A stretch of DNA of 48,911 bases from Bacillota bacterium. GTDB taxonomy: Bacteria > Bacillota > Limnochordia > Darwinibacteriales > Darwinibacteriaceae. The stretch is from the NCBI GenBank assembly GCA_012521295.1, contig JAAYMS010000053.1, forward strand, positions 1-48,911. Reading direction: 5' to 3'. The translations under genes were made by a program, and so were the position numbers. The notes beneath the pieces were generated by a model, which did not search any database, was not told the DNA's origin, and saw nothing but the letters and a program-made list of their open reading frames with translations. Positions 1 to 10,214 of this stretch are shown one piece after another; position 1 is the first letter of the stretch; the number at the start of each line of letters is the position of its first letter.

Positions 1-1635
1 CCAAACCTTGATCAGCAGGCAGAGTCCATCCTCGATTTGACCGTCGCTGGGACCAAAGAGGCGGTCATGATGGTAGAAGCAGGTGCAAAGGAAGTAACAG
101 AGGAGCAGGCCTTGGGTGCTATCATGTTTGCCCATGATTACATTAAGGAGCTCTGCCTCCTCCAAGAAGAAATCCGCGCACAGATCGGGAAAGAAAAGGT
201 CGCAGTTCAGCTCTTCGAACCCGAACCAGAGATGGAACAGTGGGTACGCGATTTCGCCACTGAAAGACTTAAACTAGCTCTGCGCGCGAGTGACAAGCAG
301 GAGCGGGAGCTGGCAGTCGATACTGTTAGAGAAAAACTCAACGAAGCTTATATTGAAGCTTTTGGCGAAGAAATCTTTGAAGAGAAGGCAAAAGACGTAG
401 GGGTTGTCTTCGACTCATTGATGAAAGAAGAAGTACGGCGGTCTATCATTTTTGAAAAGACAAGGCCAGACGGACGCCGTCCCGATGAGATTCGCCCCAT
501 CTCCACTAGAGTAGGAATTCTGCCGCGGGCTCATGGCTCAGGCCTATTCAGGCGGGGGCAAACCCAGGTTCTGACTGTCTGTACCCTCGGGCTAAAATCT
601 GATGAACAGCAGCTGGACAACTTAACCGATGAAGCAAGCAAACGCTACATTCACCACTACAACTTCCCAGCATATAGCGTAGGTGAGGTACGGCCAATTC
701 GCGGGCCGGGAAGGCGCGAAATCGGGCACGGTGCTCTAGCAGAACGGGCGCTGGTGCCAGTTATCCCTTCAGAAGAGGAGTTCCCATACACGATTAGGCT
801 CGTGAGTGAAGTCGTTGAGTCCAACGGTTCTACATCGCAAGCGAGTGTATGCGGAAGTACACTAGCCCTCATGGACGCAGGTGTACCGATTAAGAAACCC
901 GTAGCAGGTATTGCCATGGGACTGGTTATGCACGGTGATGAGTTTACCATTCTCACCGACATTCAGGGGATCGAAGACGCCCTCGGCGACATGGACTTCA
1001 AAGTTGCCGGAACTCGTGATGGGATCACTGCACTGCAGATGGACATTAAGATCACAGGTGTAGGCCGGGATATTCTCGAGCAAGCTCTTGCACAAGCTCG
1101 TGCTGGAAGGCTGTTCATCCTAGACAAGATGGCCGAAACGATTACCGAACCACGGCCGGAACTCTCGCCACATGCACCGCGGATTATTACCATGGAGATT
1201 CCTGTAGACAAGATCCGTGATGTGATCGGGCCAGGTGGAAAGACAATCCGCAAGATTATCGATGAAACAGGTGTTTCCATTGATATCGAAGATGACGGAC
1301 GCGTCTACATCGCTTCGACTGATGGCACAGGTGGCCCAAAGGCTCGCGCAATGATTGAACGCCTCACAAAAGACGTGGAAGTTGGTGCTTCTTATCTGGG
1401 GACTGTGAAGCGCATCATGAACTTCGGTGCCTTCGTAGAAATCCTACCCGGAAAAGAAGGACTGATCCATATCTCCCAACTAGATCATGGACGGGTGAAA
1501 AGGGTCGAAGATGTGCTCAACATCGGAGACGAAGTCATGGTCAAGGTCATCGAAATCGACCGGCAGGGCCGTATCAATCTTTCGCGAAAAGAGCTTCTTC
1601 CTAAAGAGGAAGACGACGCAAATAAGTCGAAATGA
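1..1635 (+). CDS. pnp: Polynucleotide phosphorylase, C-terminal ~545 aa (5' end upstream of window)
   Basis: Frame 1 is open from base 1 ([28 protein letters not shown]...), so the TTG at 37 in the ORF track is internal. Second RNase-PH domain, KH motif ([15 protein letters not shown]) and S1 domain ([28 protein letters not shown]) are present. Stop at 1633-1635. Confidence 0.95.
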   Translation, partial: PNLDQQAESILDLTVAGTKEAVMMVEAGAKEVTEEQALGAIMFAHDYIKELCLLQEEIRAQIGKEKVAVQLFEPEPEMEQWVRDFATERLKLALRASDKQERELAVDTVREKLNEAYIEAFGEEIFEEKAKDVGVVFDSLMKEEVRRSIIFEKTRPDGRRPDEIRPISTRVGILPRAHGSGLFRRGQTQVLTVCTLGLKSDEQQLDNLTDEASKRYIHHYNFPAYSVGEVRPIRGPGRREIGHGALAERALVPVIPSEEEFPYTIRLVSEVVESNGSTSQASVCGSTLALMDAGVPIKKPVAGIAMGLVMHGDEFTILTDIQGIEDALGDMDFKVAGTRDGITALQMDIKITGVGRDILEQALAQARAGRLFILDKMAETITEPRPELSPHAPRIITMEIPVDKIRDVIGPGGKTIRKIIDETGVSIDIEDDGRVYIASTDGTGGPKARAMIERLTKDVEVGASYLGTVKRIMNFGAFVEILPGKEGLIHISQLDHGRVKRVEDVLNIGDEVMVKVIEIDRQGRINLSRKELLPKEEDDANKSK

Positions 1636-1659
1636 TTTTATATGGATGAAGGAATGAGG

Positions 1660-1689
1660 AAGCAGGTATGAATAGATACCTGCTTTTTG
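1660..1689 (+). terminator. Rho-independent terminator after pnp
   Basis: Inverted repeat aagcaggtat / atacctgctt with a 6-nt loop, followed by tttt. Confidence 0.7.
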
Positions 1690-1724
1690 TGTCTTTTCAA
1701 CACTCTCATAGGGGGTGGTAAGCC

Positions 1725-2669
1725 ATGGCGTTCCTGGCTATAATCTCCCACTCAAACAGCATTTCTGTCGGTATAAGCAGTGACCAAGGTTTTCAGACGG
1801 CCCGTATCCCTCTTATGACCGATGAAACAGAGCTTGTGCCGACAATTGCAAACTTGTTCCCCGATGCCTTAACCGAAGCTCAGCTTGAAGCTGTTGTCAT
1901 CGCTGGCGATTTTCCTCCGTATATATCTCCTACCCGACTCCAACATGAGCTGCAGACTCTATTTGAAGTGCCTACCTGCATTCTCAACGACATCTTATTC
2001 GAATCCGTACTAGAAGAGGCCCACCTGACAGGGTTTTCAGCTATGCCGCGGACTCTGCGTGGGCCTAAGCTAGAGTTGTGTTATGCAGCAGGGCTGGCAG
2101 CTGAGGAACTTAAGATCCCCCTCAACACAAGCAGATTTGTTGTGACTTACCTCGGTGACGCTATTTCCACGGCGGCTGTTGCGGGGGGAAGAATTATCGA
2201 TATGAGCGCATGGTATGACGAGGGGCCGTTTGGGGTCCGCTCCAGTGGTGGGCTGCCCTTTGCCGCGCTGCTAGAACTCTGCGCCTCTGCACCCAGCCGT
2301 CAAGATGCGCTTCAGGAAGTTACAGAAAAATCAGGGCTGCAGGGGTACTTGGGCGTGGATAGCATAAGTCAGGCAGAAGAGTTAGCACTGCAAAAGCACG
2401 AAGCGGATCTGATCTATTCGGCGTTTGTCTATCAACTGGCGAAGGAGATAGGGGCTTATAGAACGGTTCTTCAAGGTAAGCTTGATGCATTGGTGCTCAC
2501 TGGCCCTAGTCTGCCCGTTAATGGTCTGAAAGGCCTCAGTGCTTACTTCGGTAGTTCAGTTCTGCTCCTCTATCCAGGAGACTTATCGCTTCGAGCAGCT
2601 GTTCACTTCGGACGAGAACTGATTAACTCTAGAAAGGGGAATCACCATGGGCTTTGCCAAACTCCGTAA
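1725..2669 (+). CDS. Butyrate-kinase-like ASKHA protein with degenerate catalytic motifs (putative pseudo-kinase)
   Basis: Aligns by eye to the bona fide buk at 3581: YLGDAISTAAVAGGRIIDMSAWYDEGPFGVRSSGGLP versus HMGGGISIGAHRYGHVIDVNNALNGEGPLSPERTGSLP. The N-terminal phosphate loop is ISHSNSISVG instead of INPGSTSTK, and LTGGMA is LTGPSL. RBS gggggtgg lies 6 nt upstream of the ATG. Confidence 0.6.
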   Translation: MAFLAIISHSNSISVGISSDQGFQTARIPLMTDETELVPTIANLFPDALTEAQLEAVVIAGDFPPYISPTRLQHELQTLFEVPTCILNDILFESVLEEAHLTGFSAMPRTLRGPKLELCYAAGLAAEELKIPLNTSRFVVTYLGDAISTAAVAGGRIIDMSAWYDEGPFGVRSSGGLPFAALLELCASAPSRQDALQEVTEKSGLQGYLGVDSISQAEELALQKHEADLIYSAFVYQLAKEIGAYRTVLQGKLDALVLTGPSLPVNGLKGLSAYFGSSVLLLYPGDLSLRAAVHFGRELINSRKGNHHGLCQTP

Positions 2670-3552
2670 TAGGCTTGGTAAGACGAGCCAGATGAGCTTA
2701 GCTGTTGCTTGGGGCACCGATGCCGCAGTACTACTGGCTTGTTCGCGGGCTCTAGAAGAAGGTTTTGTGCGAAATGTTGCGGTGACCGGTCCCGAAGATG
2801 TCATCAAGGCCGCCTGCAGACAAGCGGGTATCGAGCCCTCTCTGTTTACAATTGTGTCAGCTGCCTCTCCTGAAGAAGGAGCGGCTAAGGCGGTTGAACT
2901 CGTACGTGTAGGCCAGTGCAACCTGCTCATGAAGGGAATGCTGAACACTGCTGTTCTCCTCCGTGCGGTCCTCAACAAGGAACGGGGGATTAGAGGCAGC
3001 TCGCTTCTCAGTCATATTGCCATAGTCGAAATGCCTGACAAACGGCTTGCCCTATTAACTGATGCCGCGATGAATATCAGGCCAGACCTTGAACAGAAGG
3101 TGGCTATCGTCCAGAACGCAATTGATTTTGCCTGGTCCATCGGGCTGGAGACCCCTAAGGTAGCTCTTCTCGCCGCCGTCGAAACAGTTAACCCGAAAAT
3201 GCCAGAGACAGTCGATGCGGCAGCGATCGCTCAGATGGGAGCTCGCGGACAGTTCCGGCCCGGAGCCATAATCGATGGGCCACTGGCCTTCGACAATGCC
3301 TATTCTAAAGAGGCCGCTGAACATAAAGGGATCAACTCACCTGTGGCAGGCGAAGTTGACATCTTTGTGGTCCCAGAAATAACAGCTGGCAACATACTGT
3401 ACAAAGCCTTTACGTATGCAGCAGGCTTTCCTACGGCTGGAGTTGTGGTGGGAGCACAGTGCCCGATCGTCCTTACATCCAGATCAGACAGTGAAGAAAG
3501 CAAGCTAAACGCTATTCTGGTGGCGGCCTGTGCTGGAAAGGGCAGTGCATAG
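2647..3552 (+). CDS. ptb: Phosphate butyryltransferase (phosphate acyltransferase, PTA_PTB family)
   Basis: ~300 aa with N-terminus ...MSLAVAWGTDAAVLLACSRALEEGF and C-terminal GAQCPIVLTSRSDS, typical of Ptb. Sits directly upstream of buk. Overlaps the preceding ORF by 23 nt. Confidence 0.85.
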   Translation: MGFAKLRNRLGKTSQMSLAVAWGTDAAVLLACSRALEEGFVRNVAVTGPEDVIKAACRQAGIEPSLFTIVSAASPEEGAAKAVELVRVGQCNLLMKGMLNTAVLLRAVLNKERGIRGSSLLSHIAIVEMPDKRLALLTDAAMNIRPDLEQKVAIVQNAIDFAWSIGLETPKVALLAAVETVNPKMPETVDAAAIAQMGARGQFRPGAIIDGPLAFDNAYSKEAAEHKGINSPVAGEVDIFVVPEITAGNILYKAFTYAAGFPTAGVVVGAQCPIVLTSRSDSEESKLNAILVAACAGKGSA

Positions 3553-3580
3553 AAACTTGTTCTAGCCTGGAGGGAACGTC

Positions 3581-4651
3581 TTGGAAAGGTTGCTTGTGAT
3601 TAACCCCGGATCAACCAGCACCAAACTAGCTATCTATGACGGCAGAGAACTACATGCGAGCATTACGATAAATCATTCAGCGGCAGATCTAGCCCAGTTT
3701 CCCGATATTGTCGACCAGATCGATTTCCGCACGGAGGCGCTCCTCAACTGGCTGAGCGAAATCGAAGTCAGTCTGGGCAGTATTACCGCCGTTGTCTGTC
3801 GGGGTGGGCTCTTGAAGCCTATTCCCAGCGGCGTATATCAAGTTAACGAAGACATGGTGGCCGACCTAAGAAGTGGGCGTTATGGAAAGCATGCCAGCAA
3901 CCTGGCTGGACTGATCGGTTTTGGGATCGGTCAACGTCTCAACATTCCCTGCTATATAGCCGATCCCGTGGTCGTCGATGAACTGCAGCCCGTAGCGCGC
4001 GTCAGCGGCCACCCGAAGATTTCCCGCATAAGTATCTTCCATGCCCTAAACCACAAAGCCACAGCGCGCCGCGCTGCTGAACAGTTGGGCAAACCATATG
4101 CAGCTCTGAAACTCATCGTAGTCCATATGGGCGGTGGCATCTCCATCGGCGCTCACCGCTACGGGCATGTGATCGATGTGAATAACGCGCTCAACGGCGA
4201 GGGCCCTCTCTCTCCAGAAAGAACCGGTTCACTACCTGCAACAGCCCTGGTCAACTACTACTTCGATGAGATGGCTTCGCCCCATGAGTTGATGCGCCGG
4301 TTTGTGGGGCGGGGTGGACTTGTCAACCATCTCGGAACCAATGACTTAAGAGAGGTTCAAAAGAGAATGGAAGCAGGGGATCATCAAGCTAAAGTCGTTT
4401 TTCGTGCGATGGCATTACAGATCAGTAAAGAGATTGGAAGAGCCAGTGCTGTACTGCATGATCACGTAGACGCCGTCGTTCTAACCGGGGGAATGGCATA
4501 CTCAAAGGCCTTAACAGACCTAATAGCCGAATACGTCCAGTTCATTGCCCAGGTGATTGTGCTTCCTGGAGAAAACGAGCTCGAAGCACTCGCCCATGCA
4601 GCCATCCGTGTGCTGCGCGGCATTGAAAAACCACGGATTTACCAGCGTTGA
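3581..4651 (+). CDS. buk: Butyrate kinase
   Basis: TTG start. Canonical motifs LVINPGSTSTKLAIY, VVHMGGGISIGAH, GEGPLSPERTGSLP and VVLTGGMAYS. 356 aa. Confidence 0.9.
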   Translation: MERLLVINPGSTSTKLAIYDGRELHASITINHSAADLAQFPDIVDQIDFRTEALLNWLSEIEVSLGSITAVVCRGGLLKPIPSGVYQVNEDMVADLRSGRYGKHASNLAGLIGFGIGQRLNIPCYIADPVVVDELQPVARVSGHPKISRISIFHALNHKATARRAAEQLGKPYAALKLIVVHMGGGISIGAHRYGHVIDVNNALNGEGPLSPERTGSLPATALVNYYFDEMASPHELMRRFVGRGGLVNHLGTNDLREVQKRMEAGDHQAKVVFRAMALQISKEIGRASAVLHDHVDAVVLTGGMAYSKALTDLIAEYVQFIAQVIVLPGENELEALAHAAIRVLRGIEKPRIYQR

Positions 4652-4666
4652 TGAGGAGGTGACTCG

Positions 4667-4882
4667 ATGGCTAAGGGCCGCGTTATTATTGAAGCTGAGC
4701 GCTGCAAAGAGTGCAGTCTATGTGTCAACGCCTGTCCCTTTGGTGTGCTGAGAATATCGAGCAGTATCAACTCGCGGGGTTTTCATCCTGCCGAGGCTGC
4801 TCATCCGGAGAAGTGTACTGGGTGCCGGCTATGCGCAATTATGTGTCCTGATGTTGTAATTACAGTAGAACGCGCCTCATAA
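4667..4882 (+). CDS. 2x[4Fe-4S] ferredoxin, delta subunit of 2-oxoacid:ferredoxin oxidoreductase
   Basis: 71 aa with two CxxCxxCxxxCP motifs (CKECSLCVNACP, CTGCRLCAIMCP). Immediately upstream of the alpha/beta/gamma subunits. Confidence 0.85.
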   Translation: MAKGRVIIEAERCKECSLCVNACPFGVLRISSSINSRGFHPAEAAHPEKCTGCRLCAIMCPDVVITVERAS

Positions 4883-4907
4883 ATCAGAAGGGAAGGAGTT
4901 GGTCCCA

Positions 4908-5969
4908 TTGGCGAAAGTCCTGATGAAAGGTAATGAAGCCATCGCCGAGGCTGCGATTCGCGCTGGCTGCAGAGCCTTCTATGGGTATCCTATTACGCCT
5001 CAAAATGAAATCCCCAACTATATGGCGCTCCACCTCCCCGAGCGCGGTGGTGTCTATCTACAGGCCGAGAGCGAAGTCTCAGCCATTAACATGGTATATG
5101 GCGCAGCTGGCTGTGGTGTACGCGTCATGACTTCATCGTCAAGCCCGGGCATCAGCTTGAAAGCCGAAGGAATTTCTTACATCGCTGCAGCCGAACTGCC
5201 CTGCGTGATAGTGAATGTTATGCGCTGTGGCCCAGGCCTAGGCGGAATCCACCCCAGTCAAGGCGATTATTTCCAAGCAGTAAAAGGCGGCGGCCACGGA
5301 GATTACCGCCTGATAGTCCTTGCTCCAGGCTCTGTTCAGGAAATGGCTGATCTAACCTTCGAAGCCTTTGATCTGGCAGACAAATGGCGCAATCCAGTCA
5401 TGGTCCTGGCCGATGGGCTCCTCGGTCAGATGATGGAACCAGTAGAGTTCATTGACAGAGAACCACAGATGGTCCCGAAACCTTGGGCCACTACAGGCGC
5501 CGAGGGGCGTAAGCCAAACATCATCAACACACTCGATATTGTGCCTGAGTCATTAGAAAAGCGCAATTACGCATTGGCTGAGAAATACGCTCGTATCGCT
5601 GACGAAGAAACACGCTGGCAGGAGTACAAGATCGAGGATGCAGATCTGATAATCGCCGCCTACGGCACATCAGCCCGAGCCGCTCGTTCAGCAGTCGATA
5701 TGGCTCGCGAGAAAGGAATGAGAGTGGGCTTGATTAGGCCGATCTCGCTTTGGCCATTCCCATCTGCTCCGTTCGCAGAGGCAGCCGATGGTACGCGGCA
5801 GTTCTTGGTAGTGGAAATGAGCATGGGGCAGCTGATAGAAGATGTGCGCTTGGCGGTAAATGGCCGCGGAGTCGTCCATTTCATCAACCGTCTCGGGGGC
5901 ATGGTTCCCACTCCACCAGAAATCTACAGCAAGATTGAGGCTATTCTGCAGGGGGGCGAAGTTCAGTGA
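4908..5969 (+). CDS. 2-oxoacid:ferredoxin oxidoreductase, alpha subunit
   Basis: [33 protein letters not shown] is the typical KorA/VorA N-terminus. The ORF track starts at TTG 4899, which directly abuts the RBS ggaaggag. TTG 4908 (9-nt spacing) is preferred, and ATG 4923 is also possible. Confidence 0.88.
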   Translation: MAKVLMKGNEAIAEAAIRAGCRAFYGYPITPQNEIPNYMALHLPERGGVYLQAESEVSAINMVYGAAGCGVRVMTSSSSPGISLKAEGISYIAAAELPCVIVNVMRCGPGLGGIHPSQGDYFQAVKGGGHGDYRLIVLAPGSVQEMADLTFEAFDLADKWRNPVMVLADGLLGQMMEPVEFIDREPQMVPKPWATTGAEGRKPNIINTLDIVPESLEKRNYALAEKYARIADEETRWQEYKIEDADLIIAAYGTSARAARSAVDMAREKGMRVGLIRPISLWPFPSAPFAEAADGTRQFLVVEMSMGQLIEDVRLAVNGRGVVHFINRLGGMVPTPPEIYSKIEAILQGGEVQ

Positions 5970-6721
5970 TGCGAGTCTTTGAGAGGCCAGAAAGCCTAAC
6001 TGAAAAACAGATGCACTACTGCCCTGGATGCACTCATGGTATTATTCATCGACTTACTGCAGAAGCCATCGATCAGTTAGGGATCAGAGAGAAAACCATT
6101 GGTGTCGCAAGTGTGGGATGTTCGGTATTTGCTTATGACTATTTCAACTGTGATATGCAGCAGGCTGCACATGGACGCGCTCCAGCAGTAGCCACCGGCA
6201 TAAAGCGAGTTCTTCCCGATCGGGTGGTCTTCACCTATCAGGGAGACGGCGATCTGGCTTCGATCGGTACCGCAGAAATCGTGCACGCGGCAGCCAGGGG
6301 AGAAAACATAACCGTGATCTTCGTAAATAACGCCATCTACGGTATGACCAGCGGTCAGATGGCACCGACCACGCTGCTGGGCCAGAAAACTACCACTACT
6401 CCACGAGGGCGGACTGTCCACGACAATGGCTATCCTATTCGTATGAGTGAACTTCTAGCCACACTAGACGGTGCAGCTTATATCGAACGTGTCTCTACCC
6501 ATGATCCTAAACATGTAATGCAGGCAGGTAAAGCAATCAAGAAGGCCTTTACTATGCAACTAGAAGGCAGAGGATTTGCCCTAGTCGAAGTATTATCCAC
6601 CTGCTCAGTCAACTGGGGCCTAAGTCCGCAAGAAGCTCTCGAGTGGATGCGTGATAACATGGTTCCCTATTATCCACTTGGAGTCTTCAAAGACGTTACC
6701 AGGGAGGAGGAGCAGGCATGA
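5966..6721 (+). CDS. 2-oxoacid:ferredoxin oxidoreductase, beta (TPP-binding) subunit
   Basis: CPGCTHGI near the N-terminus and the TPP motif [36 protein letters not shown]. Start GTG 5966 or ATG 5969 overlaps the alpha stop. Confidence 0.9.
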   Translation: MMRVFERPESLTEKQMHYCPGCTHGIIHRLTAEAIDQLGIREKTIGVASVGCSVFAYDYFNCDMQQAAHGRAPAVATGIKRVLPDRVVFTYQGDGDLASIGTAEIVHAAARGENITVIFVNNAIYGMTSGQMAPTTLLGQKTTTTPRGRTVHDNGYPIRMSELLATLDGAAYIERVSTHDPKHVMQAGKAIKKAFTMQLEGRGFALVEVLSTCSVNWGLSPQEALEWMRDNMVPYYPLGVFKDVTREEEQA

Positions 6722-7251
6722 CCGAGATTATCATCGCCGGCTTTGGCGGCCAGGGCGTATTGGTAATGGGGCAGCTCTTAGCTTATGCCGGCATGCTCGA
6801 GAGCAAAGAAGTTACCTGGTACCCATCATATGGCCCAGAGCAGCGGGGCGGAACGTGCAACTGCTCGGTGGTCATAAGTGAAAGAGAAATCGGCTCACCC
6901 ATTGTTGTAGAACCAGATGCTGCAATCATCATGAACCGGCCATCTTTGGACCGGTTCGAACCAATGCTCAAGCCGGGTGGTATCTTGGTGTACAATAGTA
7001 CCCTAATTGACAGGGAACTAGAGCGCACCGACCTGCGCGTGATCCCCGTGCCGGCTAATGAAGTTGCCGACGAGTTAGGGAACACGAGAATCGCAAACAT
7101 GGTAGCACTAGGAGCGTTTCTTGAGGCGGCCAAAGTAGTTTCTCCTAAGAGTATTGTCGAATCACTGTCTCATGTGCTCTCTGAACGCCACCATGGGCTT
7201 ATTCCACTTAATGTGCAAGCTTTAGAACGGGGCCGGGCATACCAATACTAG
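6718..7251 (+). CDS. 2-oxoacid:ferredoxin oxidoreductase, gamma subunit
   Basis: [22 protein letters not shown]...YGPEQRGG is typical of gamma subunits. ATGA overlap with the beta stop. Confidence 0.9.
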   Translation: MTEIIIAGFGGQGVLVMGQLLAYAGMLESKEVTWYPSYGPEQRGGTCNCSVVISEREIGSPIVVEPDAAIIMNRPSLDRFEPMLKPGGILVYNSTLIDRELERTDLRVIPVPANEVADELGNTRIANMVALGAFLEAAKVVSPKSIVESLSHVLSERHHGLIPLNVQALERGRAYQY

Positions 7252-7273
7252 AATCTTTCTAGGAGGGGTATGC

Positions 7274-8356
7274 ATGGATGTCGCCTTCAAAGCTGGGACT
7301 GTCAAAGAGATTCTCTTTGAGTCAGAACAGCGGCAGGACATAGTGATCGTAACAGACTCAGGAAGCGCAAGAGCTATTAACCTCTTAGAGTTGACTGGCC
7401 CCTGCCAAGTGGGAGACACTGTTACAATCAACACAACGGCAGTCGACCTGAACCTAGGAACTGGAGGCTGGCATTTCGTCATGGCAGTGTATGGCCGGAG
7501 TGTCAGCCTCCACGGCAGTGGGCACATCATGAAGGTACGCTATACACCCGTACAAGGCCGCGTACACTCTGTTGAAGAAGAGGACAGCCCATATCATCAT
7601 GTTTTTCAAGGCGACTATACACTTGAAGGCATGCCTGCCGCGGTGGGCACTCTTCACAGTATGCTCGCTCCGTTCGCCTTTGCCTTCAGACACTGCTGTC
7701 CGGATAAGAGACTAATCTATTTGATGTCCGATGGTGCAGCTCTGCCTCTTTCGTTAAGCAAGATTGTGCCGATACTAAAGGAAAGAGGGCTTATTGATGA
7801 AGTAGTCACCTTCGGACATGCATTTGGCGGTGATCGCGAGGCTGTAAATATCTTCAGCGCGCTGTTGGCAGCCAGACACGTATGCCGCGGCGATGCGGCA
7901 GTTGTTTTGATGGGCCCCGGTGTGGTTGGGACAAGCACCAAATGGGGTACGACAGCTCTCGAACAGGGATATTATCTCAACGCAGTGCAGGCTTTGAAAG
8001 GTGTGCCTGTTGCTCTCGTGCGTATGAGCGAAGCTGATAAACGGCCTCGACATTTCGGGATCAGCCATCATACCATGACTGTGCTCCAAGACTTGGCCCA
8101 TCCAGGCTGTGTTGTGCCGCTACCGGAACGTCTAGCAGAACGTGATGACTGTCTGTCGGTTGTAAAAGAACGTCATAACCTGGTTTTTGTTAATACAGAG
8201 GAGTTATTTAGCACAATGCTCGAGTCTGGGCTCGAGCTTTCCACAATGGGACGCACACCGCACGAAGATGCGTTATTTTTCCACGCTGCACTTGCCGGAG
8301 GATGTGTAGCCGCCCACTACGCCAAGCAAAGGGGGAACCATGAGAGTCGCAGCTGA
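7274..8356 (+). CDS. DUF3866-family protein (function unknown)
   Basis: 360 aa. The pattern GTVKEILFESEQRQDIVIVTDSG...GDTVTINTTAVDLNLGTGGWHFV is recognised as DUF3866-like from memory. RBS aggagggg lies 5 nt upstream. Confidence 0.65.
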   Translation: MDVAFKAGTVKEILFESEQRQDIVIVTDSGSARAINLLELTGPCQVGDTVTINTTAVDLNLGTGGWHFVMAVYGRSVSLHGSGHIMKVRYTPVQGRVHSVEEEDSPYHHVFQGDYTLEGMPAAVGTLHSMLAPFAFAFRHCCPDKRLIYLMSDGAALPLSLSKIVPILKERGLIDEVVTFGHAFGGDREAVNIFSALLAARHVCRGDAAVVLMGPGVVGTSTKWGTTALEQGYYLNAVQALKGVPVALVRMSEADKRPRHFGISHHTMTVLQDLAHPGCVVPLPERLAERDDCLSVVKERHNLVFVNTEELFSTMLESGLELSTMGRTPHEDALFFHAALAGGCVAAHYAKQRGNHESRS

Positions 8357-9512
8357 TCTTCATATTCACATCGGAAAAACAGACAACGGGCAAGCAGTCA
8401 AGATACCAACTTCACCCGATTTGACCCTAAAAAACATCCTGCGCGCTGCCTATGAGATCAAAGGCCTGCAGCTGGTGGGCATCGTAGATGCTGCCTGTTT
8501 AGGAGTAATCTCCGACCTAGAAAAAGCTGCTGATTTAGGCATAATTGAGCCACTCAACGGCGGAGGCTTTTCCGATGGTCGAGTCGCACTTTTTCTAGGG
8601 AGTGAAGTCGAATTAGCCCATCCCAAAACAAGAAGGGCCGCTCACTTCATTGGGTTTTTTCCCACTATGAGTGACATCAAGGCCTATGCTAACGAGGCTC
8701 GAAAATTCCTGACCAATGCCTACCTCGGCACGCAGAAGACCCGCCTATCGCCCGATGACTGGCTTGATCTCGTCATTGATAATCACGGGGTTGCCATCGC
8801 CGCCCACGCTTTTACCCCTCACAAAGGAGTATACGGTAACTGTGTTTCCCGCCTCGAGGAGATGTTCTCTAAACCCGAGAAGTTCACAGCAATAGAGCTC
8901 GGATTGAGTGCAGACACTCAAATGGCCGAACTCATTCCGGATACACACTCATATAGTTATATCAGCAGTTCTGACGCCCATTCACTGCAGAAAATCGGGC
9001 GCGAATTCACCATCTATGAGCTTCCCGAACTGAGCTTCGCCTCCTGGGTGAGCGCTCTGCAGGGCGAGAATGGGCGGATTTTGGCGACACACGGCATGGA
9101 GCCACTGCTTGGAAAATACCATCGCAGCTTCTGCCCAGCCTGCAGACGGACCGCCCATGAGGAGGAACCTGTCCTTAGTTGCCCACAATGCGGGGGAGAT
9201 GTGGTGCTGGGTGTCTGGGACAGAATTCTATCCATTGCCGTTCCATCTGAGCACGCACCTGAACGTCCTCCTTATGTCTCGCACATTCCGTTAGAAATGA
9301 TTCCTGAAGTCGGTCGAGAAAAGAGGCAGAAGTTATACCGCACAGGAACAGAGATCGAAATTCTCTATAAGAAACCTCTTGATGAGTTGGCGGGAGTAGT
9401 AGGGCAGTCAGCTGCCCTGCAGATAATGAGAGCTAGGCAAGGAAAGTTGGGGCTAATTCCTGGTGGAGGAGGAAAATACGGGAAAGTGACGAAATGGCAG
9501 GAAAAGGGGTGA
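8340..9512 (+). CDS. Endonuclease Q-like protein (PHP-fold N-domain plus Cys4 zinc ribbon)
   Basis: N-terminal ADLHIHIGKT (PHP metal site), later SSSDAHS, and zinc ribbon CPACRR...CPQCGG. Overlaps DUF3866 by 17 nt. Confidence 0.7.
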   Translation: MRVAADLHIHIGKTDNGQAVKIPTSPDLTLKNILRAAYEIKGLQLVGIVDAACLGVISDLEKAADLGIIEPLNGGGFSDGRVALFLGSEVELAHPKTRRAAHFIGFFPTMSDIKAYANEARKFLTNAYLGTQKTRLSPDDWLDLVIDNHGVAIAAHAFTPHKGVYGNCVSRLEEMFSKPEKFTAIELGLSADTQMAELIPDTHSYSYISSSDAHSLQKIGREFTIYELPELSFASWVSALQGENGRILATHGMEPLLGKYHRSFCPACRRTAHEEEPVLSCPQCGGDVVLGVWDRILSIAVPSEHAPERPPYVSHIPLEMIPEVGREKRQKLYRTGTEIEILYKKPLDELAGVVGQSAALQIMRARQGKLGLIPGGGGKYGKVTKWQEKG

Positions 9513-9516
9513 AAGG

Positions 9517-10134
9517 ATGGACCTCTTACTGATTCGCCACGGAGAAACCAGCTGGAACTTGGAACAGCGCTACCAAGGGCAGCAGGACAGCCCTCTCTCG
9601 AGCTCAGGTCTGGTTCAGGCCGAGAAGACAGCCGCGTTTTTGAGTCGTTTCAAACTAGATGCAGTTTATACCAGCGATCTGCTGAGGGCACAGAAGACTG
9701 CTGAGGTAATTGCGCGGCACCATGGGCTGACACCTATTCCGGACCCTCGACTGCGAGAAGTCGCCTTCGGTGAGTGGGAAGGCCTCACGCGGGCTGAAGT
9801 GCAGGCCCGCTATCCTGACATCTATACTGCCAGATTCAACGATGCCCTGAACGTGCGCGTCCCCGGAGGCGAGCTTCCCAGTGAAGTGCTGGACCGCTTA
9901 ATGGACTTTATCTCAGACCTTATTTCACGCCACCCAAACCAAAAGGTGGCGTGTGTGTCCCATGGAGGAGCACTGCGCTTGTTGATCGCTGAACTTCTAG
10001 GAATGCCTATGGAGAAGGCATATTGCCTGCACATGGAGAATGCAGGTATTTCACACCTCCAGTTTGCCCCTGGCCGCGGCAGCTGCATTTGGCGGGTACA
10101 TTTCATTAATAGTACTGCCCACCTGTTATCATAA
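9517..10134 (+). CDS. Histidine phosphatase family protein (phosphoglycerate mutase / alpha-ribazole phosphatase-like)
   Basis: LLLIRHGETSWN catalytic RHG motif and downstream SHGGALR. 205 aa. Confidence 0.85.
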   Translation: MDLLLIRHGETSWNLEQRYQGQQDSPLSSSGLVQAEKTAAFLSRFKLDAVYTSDLLRAQKTAEVIARHHGLTPIPDPRLREVAFGEWEGLTRAEVQARYPDIYTARFNDALNVRVPGGELPSEVLDRLMDFISDLISRHPNQKVACVSHGGALRLLIAELLGMPMEKAYCLHMENAGISHLQFAPGRGSCIWRVHFINSTAHLLS

Positions 10135-10214
10135 CAGCTCTTGTCCCCTCATAGGATCATGTAGCAGAGGGGTGAGACAGGAGCATGGTTATCGCGGGTC
10201 GTGTTGGAGAGATA

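Noticed and set aside
657-1280. Three minus-strand ORFs (657-962, 862-1095, 963-1280) inside pnp
   Set aside because: They lie antisense to a strongly conserved PNPase coding frame. Their products are low-complexity and Ser/Arg/Pro-rich, with no RBS. Such ORFs are typical shadow ORFs of moderately GC-rich coding DNA.
2583-2978. 131-aa minus-strand ORF across the buk-like/ptb junction
   Set aside because: It is antisense to two well-supported + strand genes. Its Arg/Ser/Thr/Ala-rich composition is typical of shadow frames.
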